Shown here in pieces: positions 8,979 through 18,406 of a stretch of DNA of 47,894 nucleotides. The stretch comes from Actinomycetota bacterium. Its GTDB lineage: Bacteria > Actinomycetota > CADDZG01 > WHSQ01. Positions within the stretch are counted from its first letter, which is position 1, and each line of letters opens with the position of its first letter. A program made the position numbers and the translations under genes. The notes below the pieces were generated by a model. That model was not told the DNA's origin. It saw only the letters and a list, made by a program, of their open reading frames with translations, and did not search any database. The stretch covers positions 1 through 47,894 of the forward strand of contig DATADD010000141.1 of the NCBI GenBank assembly GCA_036258675.1, given 5' to 3'.

Positions 8979-10385
8979 CTACGCGGACTGGAGCCGTCCG
9001 GCGCGATCCCGCCACTTACGCCGGCCCTCTTCGGGCAGCGAGTCGATCGGGTCGTAGTACTCGTAGGTGCGGGTCAGCGCCTCGGGGTCGTCGCGCTCGA
9101 GATTGGTCCGGTAGTTCTTCGTCCAGTACGAGATGCCCAGCACCCGGTCATAGGAGTCGACCTGGTGCACCCACCGCTTGCCCACGAAGGGCACGTCGCA
9201 GACGATGCGCGGCGTCGCGAAGCCGGGCAGGTACCCCATGAGCGCATGCTGCAGCTGCTGCGCGTGCGCAACGGACACGCGCCAGTGCTCCGAGTTGGGG
9301 ATCATGTCGCACATGTAGAAGTAGTAGGGCATGACCTTGGCCCGATCCAGCAGCGCGAAGCAGAGGTCGAGGAGCGCCTCGGGCGAGTCGTTCACCCCCC
9401 GCATCAGAACGCCCTGGTTGCGGACGTCACGGTAGCCCATGTCCAGCAGCCGTCGCGTTACCTCGGCCACGAGCGGCGTGACCGAGTTCGCGTGGTTGAC
9501 GTGGGTGTGCACCGCGATGTCGACGCCGCGCTCGTTGGCCTTGCGCGCCACCCGCTCGAGTCCGGCGAGCACGTCGTCCTGCAGGAAATGCTGGGGCAGC
9601 CCCATGAGGCCCTTCGTCGCGAGTCTGATGTCGCGGATGTTCTCGATGTCCAACAGCGAGCCGACGAAACCCTCGAGGTGGGCGATGGGGAGATTGGCCA
9701 TGTCTCCGCCCGAGACGACGACGTCCCGCACGGAAGGCGTTGCCCGCAGGTACTCGAGGATCGCCGCGTAACGGTCCCTCTGCTTGAGCTCGAAGCGGGT
9801 CTTCAGGACCTGGGGCACGTTGTTGCCGATCAGGTCCATGCGGGTGCAGTGCCCGCAGTACTGCGGGCACGTCGTGAGCAGCTCCGCGAGCACCTTCGTC
9901 GGGTACCTGTGCGTGAGCCCCTCGACGGCCCACATGTCGCTCTCGTGCAGGCTGTCCCGCGACGCCATGGGGTGGCTTGGCCACTCGGGGTCGCGGTCGT
10001 CGAACGCAGGGATCATGTAGTGGCGGACGGGGTCCGACCACAGGTCCGTCTCGTCCATCGTGTTCAGCATCTGGGGGGGGACGAGCATCGACATCGTCGC
10101 CCGCTCGGCCTGATCCCGTTCGATCGACGCGACGAGGTCGGCGGGAAGGAGGTCGCCGAATACGCGCTGCAGGCCGGCGAGGTTCTTGACGGTGTGCTGG
10201 CGCTGCCATCTCGCGCTGCGCCACTCCCGCTCGGTCACCTCCCGGTAGCCCGGCAGCCGGCGCCAGTCCGGCTCCTCGAAGGCGCCCGCGGGCGGGTAGC
10301 GATAGGGCTGGGCGTCGCGCCGGTACGGCTCCGCGCCGGAGCGGGGGGCGACGGAGGTGCGGGCTGTCGTCTCGGTGGTCGCCAT
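8979..10385 (-). CDS. kamA: Lysine 2,3-aminomutase (radical SAM, PLP)
   Basis: ORF 8979..10538 trimmed to ATG 10385, preceded by GAGGAGG. CPQYCGHCTR radical-SAM cluster motif, SGGDMANLP, MPYYFYMCD. Confidence 0.95.
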   Translation of the reverse strand: MATTETTARTSVAPRSGAEPYRRDAQPYRYPPAGAFEEPDWRRLPGYREVTEREWRSARWQRQHTVKNLAGLQRVFGDLLPADLVASIERDQAERATMSMLVPPQMLNTMDETDLWSDPVRHYMIPAFDDRDPEWPSHPMASRDSLHESDMWAVEGLTHRYPTKVLAELLTTCPQYCGHCTRMDLIGNNVPQVLKTRFELKQRDRYAAILEYLRATPSVRDVVVSGGDMANLPIAHLEGFVGSLLDIENIRDIRLATKGLMGLPQHFLQDDVLAGLERVARKANERGVDIAVHTHVNHANSVTPLVAEVTRRLLDMGYRDVRNQGVLMRGVNDSPEALLDLCFALLDRAKVMPYYFYMCDMIPNSEHWRVSVAHAQQLQHALMGYLPGFATPRIVCDVPFVGKRWVHQVDSYDRVLGISYWTKNYRTNLERDDPEALTRTYEYYDPIDSLPEEGRRKWRDRAGRLQSA

Positions 10386-10482
10386 CGGCCCTCCTCGGCT
10401 CCGCGAAAGGATGGTTGGATTCGGCTCGGCGATGCGGAATGATATTAGGTGACGGGCCAGTATAGCGGAAGGAACTTCGGCG
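10386..10482. promoter_or_regulatory. Divergent kamA / lrp control region with back-to-back -10-like hexamers
   Basis: 97-bp spacer, locally AT-richer than its surroundings. Minus-strand hexamers: TATACT at 10459-10464 and TAATAT at 10442-10447. Plus-strand TATAGC at 10461-10466. No experimental support. Confidence 0.35.
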
Positions 10483-10932
10483 TTGGACGACAAAGACCGC
10501 ACGATATTGGGCGCCCTCGAGCAGGACGCCCGCCTCACCTACGCCGAGATCGGGGCCCGGGTCGGCCTCGCGCCCTCGTCGGTCCACGACCGGATCCGCA
10601 AGCTCGAGCGCTCCGGGGCGGTCAGAGGCTACCGGGCCGAGGTGGACCTGGAGCAGGTGGGGCTGCCGATCACCGCCTTCGTGAGCCTTGCCCTGCGACC
10701 GGAGACCCCGAGCGACATCCCCGGCCGGGTCGCGGAGATCCCTCTGGTCGAGTCCTGCTACTCGGTGGCGGGCGACAACTCCTACGTTCTCGTCGTGCGG
10801 GCGCCGACCACGAAGGCCCTCGAGGAGGTGCTGGACGCGCTGCGCGCGAAGCTGGAGGTGACGACGCGGTCGGTGGTGGTCCTCTCGACGCCGTTCGAGC
10901 GGCGCCCGATGGTTTCGCCGTCGCGCGGATGA
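10483..10932 (+). CDS. lrp: Lrp/AsnC family transcriptional regulator
   Basis: TTG start. DRTILGALEQDARLTYAEIGARVGLAPSSVHDRIRKLERSG HTH followed by a RAM/AsnC_trans_reg domain. Divergent from kamA. Confidence 0.9.
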   Translation: MDDKDRTILGALEQDARLTYAEIGARVGLAPSSVHDRIRKLERSGAVRGYRAEVDLEQVGLPITAFVSLALRPETPSDIPGRVAEIPLVESCYSVAGDNSYVLVVRAPTTKALEEVLDALRAKLEVTTRSVVVLSTPFERRPMVSPSRG

Positions 10933-11462
10933 GCGAGCCGGTCCATGTCTCCGACTACGACAACGCTTGGCCCCACGTCTTCGAGGCGCTGCGCGATCAC
11001 CTGGCGGAGAGCCTGCGCGACGTCGCCCTCGCGATCGAGCATGTCGGCAGCACCGCCGTTCCCGGGCTTGCTGCAAAGCCGACCATAGACATCGACGTCG
11101 TCGTTGCCTCGCCGCGCGACGTGCCCCCGGCGATCGCGCGGTTGGAGTCGCTCGGCTATCGACACGAGGGGGACCTCGGTGTGCCGGGACGAGAGGCGTT
11201 CGGCGCGCCCGACGGCGTGCCTGCTCATCACCACCACCTCTACGTCGTCGTGGAGGGCTCCCCGGCCCACGAGAACCACATCCTGCTCCGTGATCACCTG
11301 CGCATGCACACCGACGACGCTGCTGGATACGCGCGCCTGAAGCGGTCTCTGGCCGTCCGCTACCGCAACGATCGCGATGCCTACACGGAGGCCAAGTCCT
11401 CTTTGATCGACGAGCTGCTGCGCCGGGCGCGAGGTCGGCGGGGGGTGGCGGGCGGGGGCTGA
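10929..11462 (+). CDS. GrpB (UPF0157) family protein
   Basis: ORF 10449..11462 trimmed to ATG 10929 (ATGA overlap with the lrp stop). IEHVGSTAVPGLAAKPTIDIDVVV, GYRHEGDLGVPGREAF, HHLYVV, RDHLR. Confidence 0.85.
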   Translation: MSEPVHVSDYDNAWPHVFEALRDHLAESLRDVALAIEHVGSTAVPGLAAKPTIDIDVVVASPRDVPPAIARLESLGYRHEGDLGVPGREAFGAPDGVPAHHHHLYVVVEGSPAHENHILLRDHLRMHTDDAAGYARLKRSLAVRYRNDRDAYTEAKSSLIDELLRRARGRRGVAGGG

Positions 11463-11585
11463 CGAGCCGCTTCGGCGGGAGCCGGGCTCTCTCGGACGGT
11501 GCGCAACGGGGGGCGAGCGACGGCAGCTCGACCCCCCGCGGGACAATACGTCGGGGTCGGTTGGGAGACGGCAAGAGGGGACGCC

Positions 11586-11882
11586 ATGCGCATCGAGGAC
11601 GCGTCGGGTCGCACGCTGCGGGAGACGACGGTTACCGTCGACGACCACGAGCTCGTCGACCTCCTCCAGGGCCTCGCCGACGTGATCGAGGGCCAGCGCC
11701 CGCATTTGCACTTCAAGCAGCTCGGGGGGCCGCAGCTGGTGATCCGGCGGGCCGCGGAGGCGGACGACGATCCCCTCGGGCGGGGCCTCGACTGGTGGGT
11801 GGGGCCCGCCGTGCTCGTCGCGGTGGTGTTCGTCGTCGTCGGGGCGATAACCGTCGTCCGGTGGGCCGCCGGGCTTCTGTAG
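11586..11882 (+). CDS. Hypothetical small protein with a C-terminal TM helix
   Basis: ORF 11499..11882 trimmed to ATG 11586 after AGAGGGGA. C-terminal WWVGPAVLVAVVFVVVGAITVV hydrophobic segment. No family recognised. Confidence 0.4.
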   Translation: MRIEDASGRTLRETTVTVDDHELVDLLQGLADVIEGQRPHLHFKQLGGPQLVIRRAAEADDDPLGRGLDWWVGPAVLVAVVFVVVGAITVVRWAAGLL

Positions 11883-11944
11883 CAACGGCGCCCGCTGCGC
11901 ATGTGCGTGGCCGAGCACGCGGCCGAGGAGCCGTCCCTCTCCGA

Positions 11945-11961
11945 CCCGGGGTCGACCCGGG
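11945..11961. terminator. Short GC hairpin between convergent genes (possible bidirectional terminator)
   Basis: CCCGGG-GTCGA-CCCGGG between the stops at 11882 (+) and 11973 (-). No U-tract. Confidence 0.25.
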
Positions 11962-11972
11962 CGCGGCGCGCG

Positions 11973-12893
11973 CTAGACCTTGAGGCGCAGCGCGTCGCGC
12001 AGGAGCTCGAACGTCGCGGGGGTGACTCCGACCTCCTCGCCGTCGGCCTCGACCGGGAGCGGACGCTCGCTCTCGATCGAGACCCGCACCCGTTTCGCCT
12101 CGCGGATCTCGGGATGGGGCACGTGCTCTCCCCGGTACGCCTTCGGCATGATGGCGATCGCCTCCCGCGCGCCGAGGAAATGGATCTGCACGTCGAGGAC
12201 GCCGTCGGTGGGTGCCGCCCGCGGCGCCAGCTTCATCCCGGCTCCCGAGAACTGGCCGTTGGCGACGACGAGGTTGCGGACGGGGCCCTCGTAGCGTTTG
12301 TCGACGAGGTCGACCGTCGCCGCGGGCGACCGCGACCGCACCGCCTCCACCCAGAAGGCCGCGGGGTAGGTGAGGGCGCCCAGCAGGCCGCGCGCGCGTC
12401 CGGCGCGCCGAGCGACGCACGCGCCGAGTCCTGCTTGCGCGACGTTGGCGAAGTAACGCACCACGTCGGCCCCGTCACCTGCGCAGGTGATCTTTCCGAT
12501 GTCGATGGAGAACGACTCGGGTCCGTCGAGGTGGGCGGCGGCATGGCTCGGTGTCGCCGGCATGCCGAAGGTCCTGATGAAGTCGCGGGCGACGCCCGTC
12601 GCAACGACCCCCATGACGGCGTCGACGCGTACGGGGCGGTCGTCCTCGAGCATGCCGTTCACGACCTCGTTGACGGTGCCGTCGCCGCCCACCGCGACGA
12701 CGAAGCGCGTGCCGTCGTCCAGCGCCGCGCGGGCCAGCCGGGTGGCGTCCCCCGGGGCCTCCGTTGCGACCGTCCTGTGCTCGAGCGCGCGCTCGTCGAG
12801 GAAGCGCCGCAGCTCGGGCAGCACGCGCGCGGTCGCGCCTCGGCCCGCGCGCATGTTGCATATCAGCACCATCGGCCCAAAGGGCGACGCCAC
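11973..12893 (-). CDS. Diacylglycerol/lipid kinase family protein (YegS/BmrU-like)
   Basis: [41 protein letters not shown] start immediately follows the thiolase stop (alternative ATG at 12872). Confidence 0.9.
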   Translation of the reverse strand: MASPFGPMVLICNMRAGRGATARVLPELRRFLDERALEHRTVATEAPGDATRLARAALDDGTRFVVAVGGDGTVNEVVNGMLEDDRPVRVDAVMGVVATGVARDFIRTFGMPATPSHAAAHLDGPESFSIDIGKITCAGDGADVVRYFANVAQAGLGACVARRAGRARGLLGALTYPAAFWVEAVRSRSPAATVDLVDKRYEGPVRNLVVANGQFSGAGMKLAPRAAPTDGVLDVQIHFLGAREAIAIMPKAYRGEHVPHPEIREAKRVRVSIESERPLPVEADGEEVGVTPATFELLRDALRLKV

Positions 12894-14093
12894 TCAGTCG
12901 GCGCGCTCGACTACCGTCGCGATCCCCTGTCCCAGCCCGATGCACATGGTCGCCAGGCCGGTGCGCACGTCGCGGCGCGCCATCTCGTGCACGAGAGTGG
13001 TGAGCAGCCGAGCGCCGGAGCATCCCAAGGGGTGGCCGAGGGCGATGGCGCCTCCGTTCACGTTGACCTTCTCCGGATCGAGGCCCAGCTCGTCGATGCA
13101 CGCGAGCGACTGCGCCGCGAACGCCTCGTTGAGCTCGATGAGGTCGATGTCCTCCAGAGAGATGCCGGCGCGCCGCAGCACCTTGCGGGTCGCCGGGATC
13201 GGCCCCAGTCCCATGAAGCGAGGCTCCACCCCCGCGACCGCGCTCGCCACCACGCGAGCCATGGGTGCGAGCCGCAGGTCGGCGATGGCCTCGGAGGAGG
13301 CGAGCAGGACGGCGGCGGCGCCGTCGTTGAGCCCGGACGAGTTGCCGGCGGTCACCGTGCCCTCTCGGCGGAAGGCGGGCCGGAGCCTGCCCATGCGCTC
13401 GAGCGACGTGTCGGGACGAGGGGGCTCGTCGGCGTCGACGACGAGCGGGTCGCCTTTGGCGCGGGGCAACTCGACGGGCACGATCTCGTCCTTGAAGCGC
13501 CCCTCCTGCACCGCGGCGACCGCGCGCCGGTGGCTCTCCAGCGCGAACTCGTCCTGGCGCGCGCGGGAGATCCCGAAGCGCTCCGCCACGTTCTCGGCCG
13601 TCTCGCCCATCGTGTCGCTCCCGTAGCGCTCCAGCAGCCGGGGGTTCGCGAAGCGCCATCCCAGGGACGTGTCGTAGACGCGCACGTCGCGTTCGAAGGC
13701 CTGCTCGGCCTTGCCCATGACGAACGGAGCGCGCGTCATCGACTCCGACCCGCCCGCGATCACGACGTCTGCCTCGCCCACCATGATCTCGCGGCGCGCC
13801 GAGTTGACCGCTTCCAGTCCCGAGCCGCACAGCCGGTTGACGGTCGCTCCCGGGACCGACACGGGGAGCCCCGCGAGCAGGGCCGCCATACGCGCCACGT
13901 TGCGGTTGTCCTCCCCGGCCTGGTTGGCGGCCCCCCACTGGACGTCGTCCACGCGGTCGCCTGCGATCCCGGTGCGCTCGACGAGCGCGGCGATCGCTTG
14001 CGCCGCGAGGTCGTCGGGGCGCGCCCGAGCGAGGACGCCCATGATCTTCCCCACGGGGGTGCGCACGGCGTCGACGACGAATGCCTCGGTCAC
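12894..14093 (-). CDS. Acetyl-CoA C-acetyltransferase (thiolase II)
   Basis: 399 aa. [20 protein letters not shown] (active-site Cys), [23 protein letters not shown] start after GGGAGGA. Confidence 0.95.
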   Translation of the reverse strand: MTEAFVVDAVRTPVGKIMGVLARARPDDLAAQAIAALVERTGIAGDRVDDVQWGAANQAGEDNRNVARMAALLAGLPVSVPGATVNRLCGSGLEAVNSARREIMVGEADVVIAGGSESMTRAPFVMGKAEQAFERDVRVYDTSLGWRFANPRLLERYGSDTMGETAENVAERFGISRARQDEFALESHRRAVAAVQEGRFKDEIVPVELPRAKGDPLVVDADEPPRPDTSLERMGRLRPAFRREGTVTAGNSSGLNDGAAAVLLASSEAIADLRLAPMARVVASAVAGVEPRFMGLGPIPATRKVLRRAGISLEDIDLIELNEAFAAQSLACIDELGLDPEKVNVNGGAIALGHPLGCSGARLLTTLVHEMARRDVRTGLATMCIGLGQGIATVVERAD

Positions 14094-14191
14094 GTTCTCA
14101 TCCTCCCACGCGGGCTGCGCCGCCCCTAAGAGCTACAGCCGGTCGGCCGCGGGTGGAGATGACGTACGACGGCGATCTCCGGTACGGCGCG

Positions 14192-16954
14192 CTAGACGCC
14201 GAGCGAGGAGTAAGCGACGACGCTGCGCTGCACGCCGGAGAGCGCGACCGCGACCCTGTCCCGCAGCCCGGGGTCCTCTGCGACCTCCTCGAGCTGACGC
14301 ATCAGGTCGATGAGCTGCTTCATGGAGCGGACGAAGTCGCCCGGCGCGTCGTCCTCCCCGAGCACGTCGTCGAGCGGCGCGCCGTCGGCCCACAGCGCGG
14401 TCCGGGCCGCGAGCCCCGGGTCCGGGGCGCGCGTGAGCTCGAGCCCGCGCGCCTCCTCGCGGCGCCGGATCATGCCGTGGAGCCGCATGAGCCGGCCGAA
14501 GGCGCGCCGGCTCGGCGGCGAGGGAAGCTGTCCGCCGACGACGAACGGCCCGCGCGGCTCGTAGACGAGGGTCGACAGCAGCGCGGCGAGGTCGGGCACC
14601 TCGAGATCCTTGAAGACGCTCCGTTCGAGCGCCTCGACCACGAGCAGATCCGCCTCGTTGTAGACCCGTCTGAGCGCCTCGCCCCGCGCCGTCAGCGTCC
14701 ACCCGCGTACGTAGCCGAGCTCCTCGAGGATCTCGAGCACGAGCTCGAAGCGTCGCGCCAGGGTCCCGGTCCGCGCGCCCACCCTCCGCTCGAGACCGGC
14801 GATCTCCCGCTCGAGGCGGCCTGCGCGGCGCGCGTAGTGGAGGTGACGGCCGAGCTCGGGGCAACGGTGGCAGGGGTGGCGCTCGATCTCGGCGCGCAGC
14901 TCGTCCGTGCGGCCCGGATCCCGCCGAGGCGGGCTCGGGGCGCGCACCGGGAGGGCGGCGAGCCGGCGCGCGAGGGCGCGCCTGCTGCGGGCGTCGCGCG
15001 CGTCGAACCCCTGCGGCACACGCAGCCGTCCCACGGTCGCGGGCGGCGTGCGCAGATCCGCCGGTCCGAGACGGACCAGGACCCTGCTCTCGGACAGGGC
15101 GAGCACCCGGGGGCGACGTTCCGGGCGCGTGGCGCCGACGTCGAGCACGACGTAGCGGCCGCGCCGCCTGCCCCCCGTGATCGCGATCACGTCGCCGGGC
15201 CGCAGCTCGTCGGCCGCCCGCGCCGCCCCCGAGGCCGCTCCGGCGCGACCGTCCTCGAGGGCGCGGAGCTCCTCGGTCAGAGCGCGGTAGGAGGCGAAGT
15301 CGCCGAGGTGACAGACCGTCCTCTCGACGTAGGACGAGTGGTACGCCTCGAGCCGCTCCTTGGTCGTCTCGATCTGCACGACGTCGCGATCGGCCTGGAA
15401 CTGGGCGAACGACGAGTTCACGAGGTGCTCGGCCTCCGCCCGGTCGTAGCTGCGGACGAGGTTCACGGCCATGTTGTAGGAGGGCTGGAACGAGGACTGC
15501 AGCGGATACGTCCTCGTCGAGGCGAGCCGCGTGATCGTCTCGAACGGCGTGAACCGCTGCAGGAGGACGACGGCGTGGCCCAGCTCGTCGATGCCCCTGC
15601 GGCCGGCCCGACCGGTGAGCTGGGTGTAGTCCCCCGGGGTCATCAGCTCGTGCTTTTCCCCCGTGAACTTCGTCAGGCTCTCGAGCACCACGGTGCGCGC
15701 CGGCATGTTGATGCCGAGAGCGAGGGTCTCCGTGGCGAACACGACCTTGACGAGCCCGTTTCGGAAGAGCTCTTCGACGGTCTCCTTGAAGGCGGGGATC
15801 ATGCCCGCGTGGTGGGCCGCGATCCCGCGCCCCAGGCCCTCGAGCCACGTGTCGTGGCCGAGCACGTCGAGCTCGTCGGGGGAGAGGTCCGCGGTGCGCT
15901 CGCGCGCCCGGGCGAGGATGTCGCTCCGCTCCGAGGGCGACGTGAGTCGAAGGTGGTCGCGCAGGCACTGCCTCACGGCCTCGTCGCAGCCGCGCCTGGA
16001 GAAGATGAAGTAGATCGCGGGAAGCATCTTCTCCTGGTCGAGCCGGTCGACGACGTCGACCCGGAGGGGGGCCCGAGCCCGCTTCTCGGCGACGCGGCGG
16101 CCGCCCCTCCCCGGCCGCTCGGCCCCGCGGCGGCGACGCCGGTCGAACTCCCTTCCGCGCGGGTTGGGCACGACCTCGCCGTCGGGGCGGTGCACGAACA
16201 TGGGCAGGAGCTCGTCGGACGCGAAGTACCAGTGACGGATCTCGACGGGCCGCTCGTCCTCGATGATGACCTCGACCCGCCCCCTGAGCGTCTGCAGCCA
16301 CTCCCCGAACTCCTCCGAGTTCGACACGGTGGCCGACAGGGACACCGTCAGGACGTCCACGGGGAGGTGGATCAGGACCTCCTCCCACACCGCCCCCCGG
16401 TAGCGGTCCTGGAGGTAGTGGACCTCGTCCAGGACGACGTGGTGGAGGTCCTCGAGCGAGGCGGCGTCCTCGTAGATCATGTTGCGCAGGACCTCGGTCG
16501 TCATGACCACCACGGGAGCGTCTCCGTTGATGGAGTTGTCGCCCGTGAGCAGCCCCACGTTGGCGGCGCCGTGCAGGGCGACGAAGTCGGCGTACTTCTG
16601 GTTGGACAGCGCCTTGATCGGCGTCGTGTAGAAGGTCCGTCCGGCGCGCCGCAGCGCCAGCCAGGCGGCGAACTCCCCCACCACGGTCTTGCCCGCTCCC
16701 GTCGGAGCGGCCACGAGCACCGAGGCTCCGTCCGCCAGCGCCTCGCAGGCGCGCCTCTGGAAAGGGTCGAAGCGGAAGCCGTAGGAGAGCTCGAAGTCGT
16801 CGACGGAGGCCCCGCCTCGAGGCCCCGCTCTAGCCGTTCCCGCCGCCTCCCCCGGTGCCGCCGGTGCCCTCGCCCTGGCCGCCCCCGCCGCCCGGCAGGG
16901 GGGGCGTTCCGGGGGCGCCGGGAAAGGCGATGCCCGCGGCCCCGAGCTGGACAC
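14192..16954 (-). CDS. helY: Ski2-like DEAD/DEAH-box RNA helicase
   Basis: FDPFQRRAC Q-motif, AAPTGAGKT, DEVHYL, SATVSN, HHAGM, C-terminal DSHCT-like region. Start uncertain: GTG 16954 is the first in-frame ATG/GTG/TTG upstream of the Q-motif. Confidence 0.9.
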   Translation of the reverse strand: MSSSGPRASPFPAPPERPPCRAAGAARARAPAAPGEAAGTARAGPRGGASVDDFELSYGFRFDPFQRRACEALADGASVLVAAPTGAGKTVVGEFAAWLALRRAGRTFYTTPIKALSNQKYADFVALHGAANVGLLTGDNSINGDAPVVVMTTEVLRNMIYEDAASLEDLHHVVLDEVHYLQDRYRGAVWEEVLIHLPVDVLTVSLSATVSNSEEFGEWLQTLRGRVEVIIEDERPVEIRHWYFASDELLPMFVHRPDGEVVPNPRGREFDRRRRRGAERPGRGGRRVAEKRARAPLRVDVVDRLDQEKMLPAIYFIFSRRGCDEAVRQCLRDHLRLTSPSERSDILARARERTADLSPDELDVLGHDTWLEGLGRGIAAHHAGMIPAFKETVEELFRNGLVKVVFATETLALGINMPARTVVLESLTKFTGEKHELMTPGDYTQLTGRAGRRGIDELGHAVVLLQRFTPFETITRLASTRTYPLQSSFQPSYNMAVNLVRSYDRAEAEHLVNSSFAQFQADRDVVQIETTKERLEAYHSSYVERTVCHLGDFASYRALTEELRALEDGRAGAASGAARAADELRPGDVIAITGGRRRGRYVVLDVGATRPERRPRVLALSESRVLVRLGPADLRTPPATVGRLRVPQGFDARDARSRRALARRLAALPVRAPSPPRRDPGRTDELRAEIERHPCHRCPELGRHLHYARRAGRLEREIAGLERRVGARTGTLARRFELVLEILEELGYVRGWTLTARGEALRRVYNEADLLVVEALERSVFKDLEVPDLAALLSTLVYEPRGPFVVGGQLPSPPSRRAFGRLMRLHGMIRRREEARGLELTRAPDPGLAARTALWADGAPLDDVLGEDDAPGDFVRSMKQLIDLMRQLEEVAEDPGLRDRVAVALSGVQRSVVAYSSLGV

Positions 16955-17564
16955 GGGCGCGCTCGCGATCGAGCTCCTGCGTGGCCAGGACCCACGCCGC
17001 GCCCGCCGTGTCGCGCTGCTCGGCGGCCCGTTCGAGGACCCGAGGCGCGAGCCCCTCGGGTGCCTCTCCGGCCAGTGCGAAGGTGCGCGCCGCCGACGTG
17101 TAGAGGGTGATCGACTGCGAGAACAGGCCGTACGCGCCCGCCTCGGCGGGTGTCGGCCGCACGCGGCCCAGGGCGTCGCGTCCCGCCCGCAGGCTCCGCA
17201 TCCAGCTGCGGGCCTCCTCCGGGAGGGTGGCGAGCGCGTCCCCGTCCGCTTCCGTCGGTGCCTGCGCCATCCCCACTGCGGCGGGACGGAGGGTCTGTGC
17301 CACCGCACGCACCTCTCCCGAGAACGACTCGAGCGCCTCCTGCGCCCGCTCGAGGTCGGCCGCCTGCCCCTGAGCGCGGGCGATCGCCCACCACACGAGC
17401 CCGACGATCAGCGCGGCCGCGGCCGCGGCCCACACCCGGCCGCGCTCGGTCCGATACCACGGGACCCGGTGTCGGCCCGCGAAGGAGGCCCGGGGAGCGC
17501 CGGCGGGGCGACGGCGGGCCTGGCTGCCGCGCGCTTGCGACTTGCGTTTGCCCTTTATCGCCAT
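16830..17564 (-). CDS. Hypothetical membrane-anchored protein with a Gly-rich tail
   Basis: ATG 17564. Basic N-terminus, one TM helix (VWAAAAAALIVGLVWWAIA), helical ectodomain, C-terminal GGGGGQGEGTGGTGGGGGNG. Overlaps the inferred helY start. Confidence 0.5.
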   Translation of the reverse strand: MAIKGKRKSQARGSQARRRPAGAPRASFAGRHRVPWYRTERGRVWAAAAAALIVGLVWWAIARAQGQAADLERAQEALESFSGEVRAVAQTLRPAAVGMAQAPTEADGDALATLPEEARSWMRSLRAGRDALGRVRPTPAEAGAYGLFSQSITLYTSAARTFALAGEAPEGLAPRVLERAAEQRDTAGAAWVLATQELDRERARVQLGAAGIAFPGAPGTPPLPGGGGGQGEGTGGTGGGGGNG

Positions 17565-17599
17565 CGGCGCGGGCGACTATAAACGCCGCTCGCTGCGCC

Positions 17600-18406
17600 T
17601 CACGAGGCCGTCCGGCGGCGCAGGAGCCGGGCGAGGACAACGATCGTCACCTCGTAGAGCCCGTAGAGGGGCAGCGCCAGAACCGACATCGTGTAGGGGT
17701 CCTGGCTCGGCGTGACGACCGCGGCGATCACGAAGATCCCGACGAAAGCGGCCTTCCTCTGACGGCGGAGGGAGTCCACGCTCACAGCACCCGCGAGGCC
17801 GAGGAAGATGAGCAGCAGCGGCAGCTCGAAGGTCACCCCGAAGCCGAGCAGCATGAGGCCGACGAAGTTGAGGTACGCCTCCGCCGCGAGCAGGGGAACG
17901 AGGCCCTCGCCGCCGAGGCCGATCAGGAACCCGAGGCCGCGGGAAAGCGTGAGGTACGCGACCGCGGTGCCGGCCGCGAACAACGCGATCGAGCACGCCA
18001 GGAACGGGCTCGCGTAGCGCTTCTCCTTGGGTGTCAGAGCGGGGAGGACGAAGGCGTATACCTCGTAGAGCCACACGGGGGACGACACGGCCACGCCGGC
18101 GAGGGCCGTCATCTTCAGACGGAAGAAGAACGCCTCCAGCGGCTGGGTGAACACGAGCCGGCAGCCCTGGGGACCGAGCCGCGCCCGCGGCAGCGAGCAC
18201 AGCGGGCGCGTGAGCAGCTCCAGGAGTGGCTCGTAGAAGAAGAAGGCTGCGACCGAGATCGCGGCGAAAGCCCCGAGCGAGACGATCAGGCGCGTGCGGA
18301 GCTCGGAGAGGTGCTCCACGACGGTCATCGCGGCGTCGACCTTGCGCTGGCGCCGCCGACGCAGGAACCTCAGGCGCCGGCGCCGGAGGTTGTGTGCCTC
18401 GGCCAT
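17600..18406 (-). CDS. tatC: Twin-arginine translocase subunit TatC
   Basis: EHLSELRTRLI, six predicted TM helices, FELPLL. Basic N-terminal extension as in mycobacterial TatC (alternative ATG at 18328). Confidence 0.95.
   Translation of the reverse strand: MAEAHNLRRRRLRFLRRRRQRKVDAAMTVVEHLSELRTRLIVSLGAFAAISVAAFFFYEPLLELLTRPLCSLPRARLGPQGCRLVFTQPLEAFFFRLKMTALAGVAVSSPVWLYEVYAFVLPALTPKEKRYASPFLACSIALFAAGTAVAYLTLSRGLGFLIGLGGEGLVPLLAAEAYLNFVGLMLLGFGVTFELPLLLIFLGLAGAVSVDSLRRQRKAAFVGIFVIAAVVTPSQDPYTMSVLALPLYGLYEVTIVVLARLLRRRTAS

Noticed and set aside
12894-14093. Thiolase (and the LLM TIM-barrel protein at 36426..37268) considered as stand-ins for the missing kce of the lysine pathway.
   Set aside because: Kce belongs to the DUF849/BKACE TIM-barrel family. 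The thiolase has canonical thiolase II motifs, and the LLM protein has luciferase-like F420 motifs. Neither is contiguous with the operon, so no link can be claimed from sequence.
16841-16905. G/C homopolymer-rich tract (CCGCC/GGGGG runs) as a possible simple repeat or G-quadruplex element.
   Set aside because: It is fully explained as coding sequence for the Gly-rich tail of the 244-aa protein, or the Pro/Ala-rich helY extension. There is no periodic unit.
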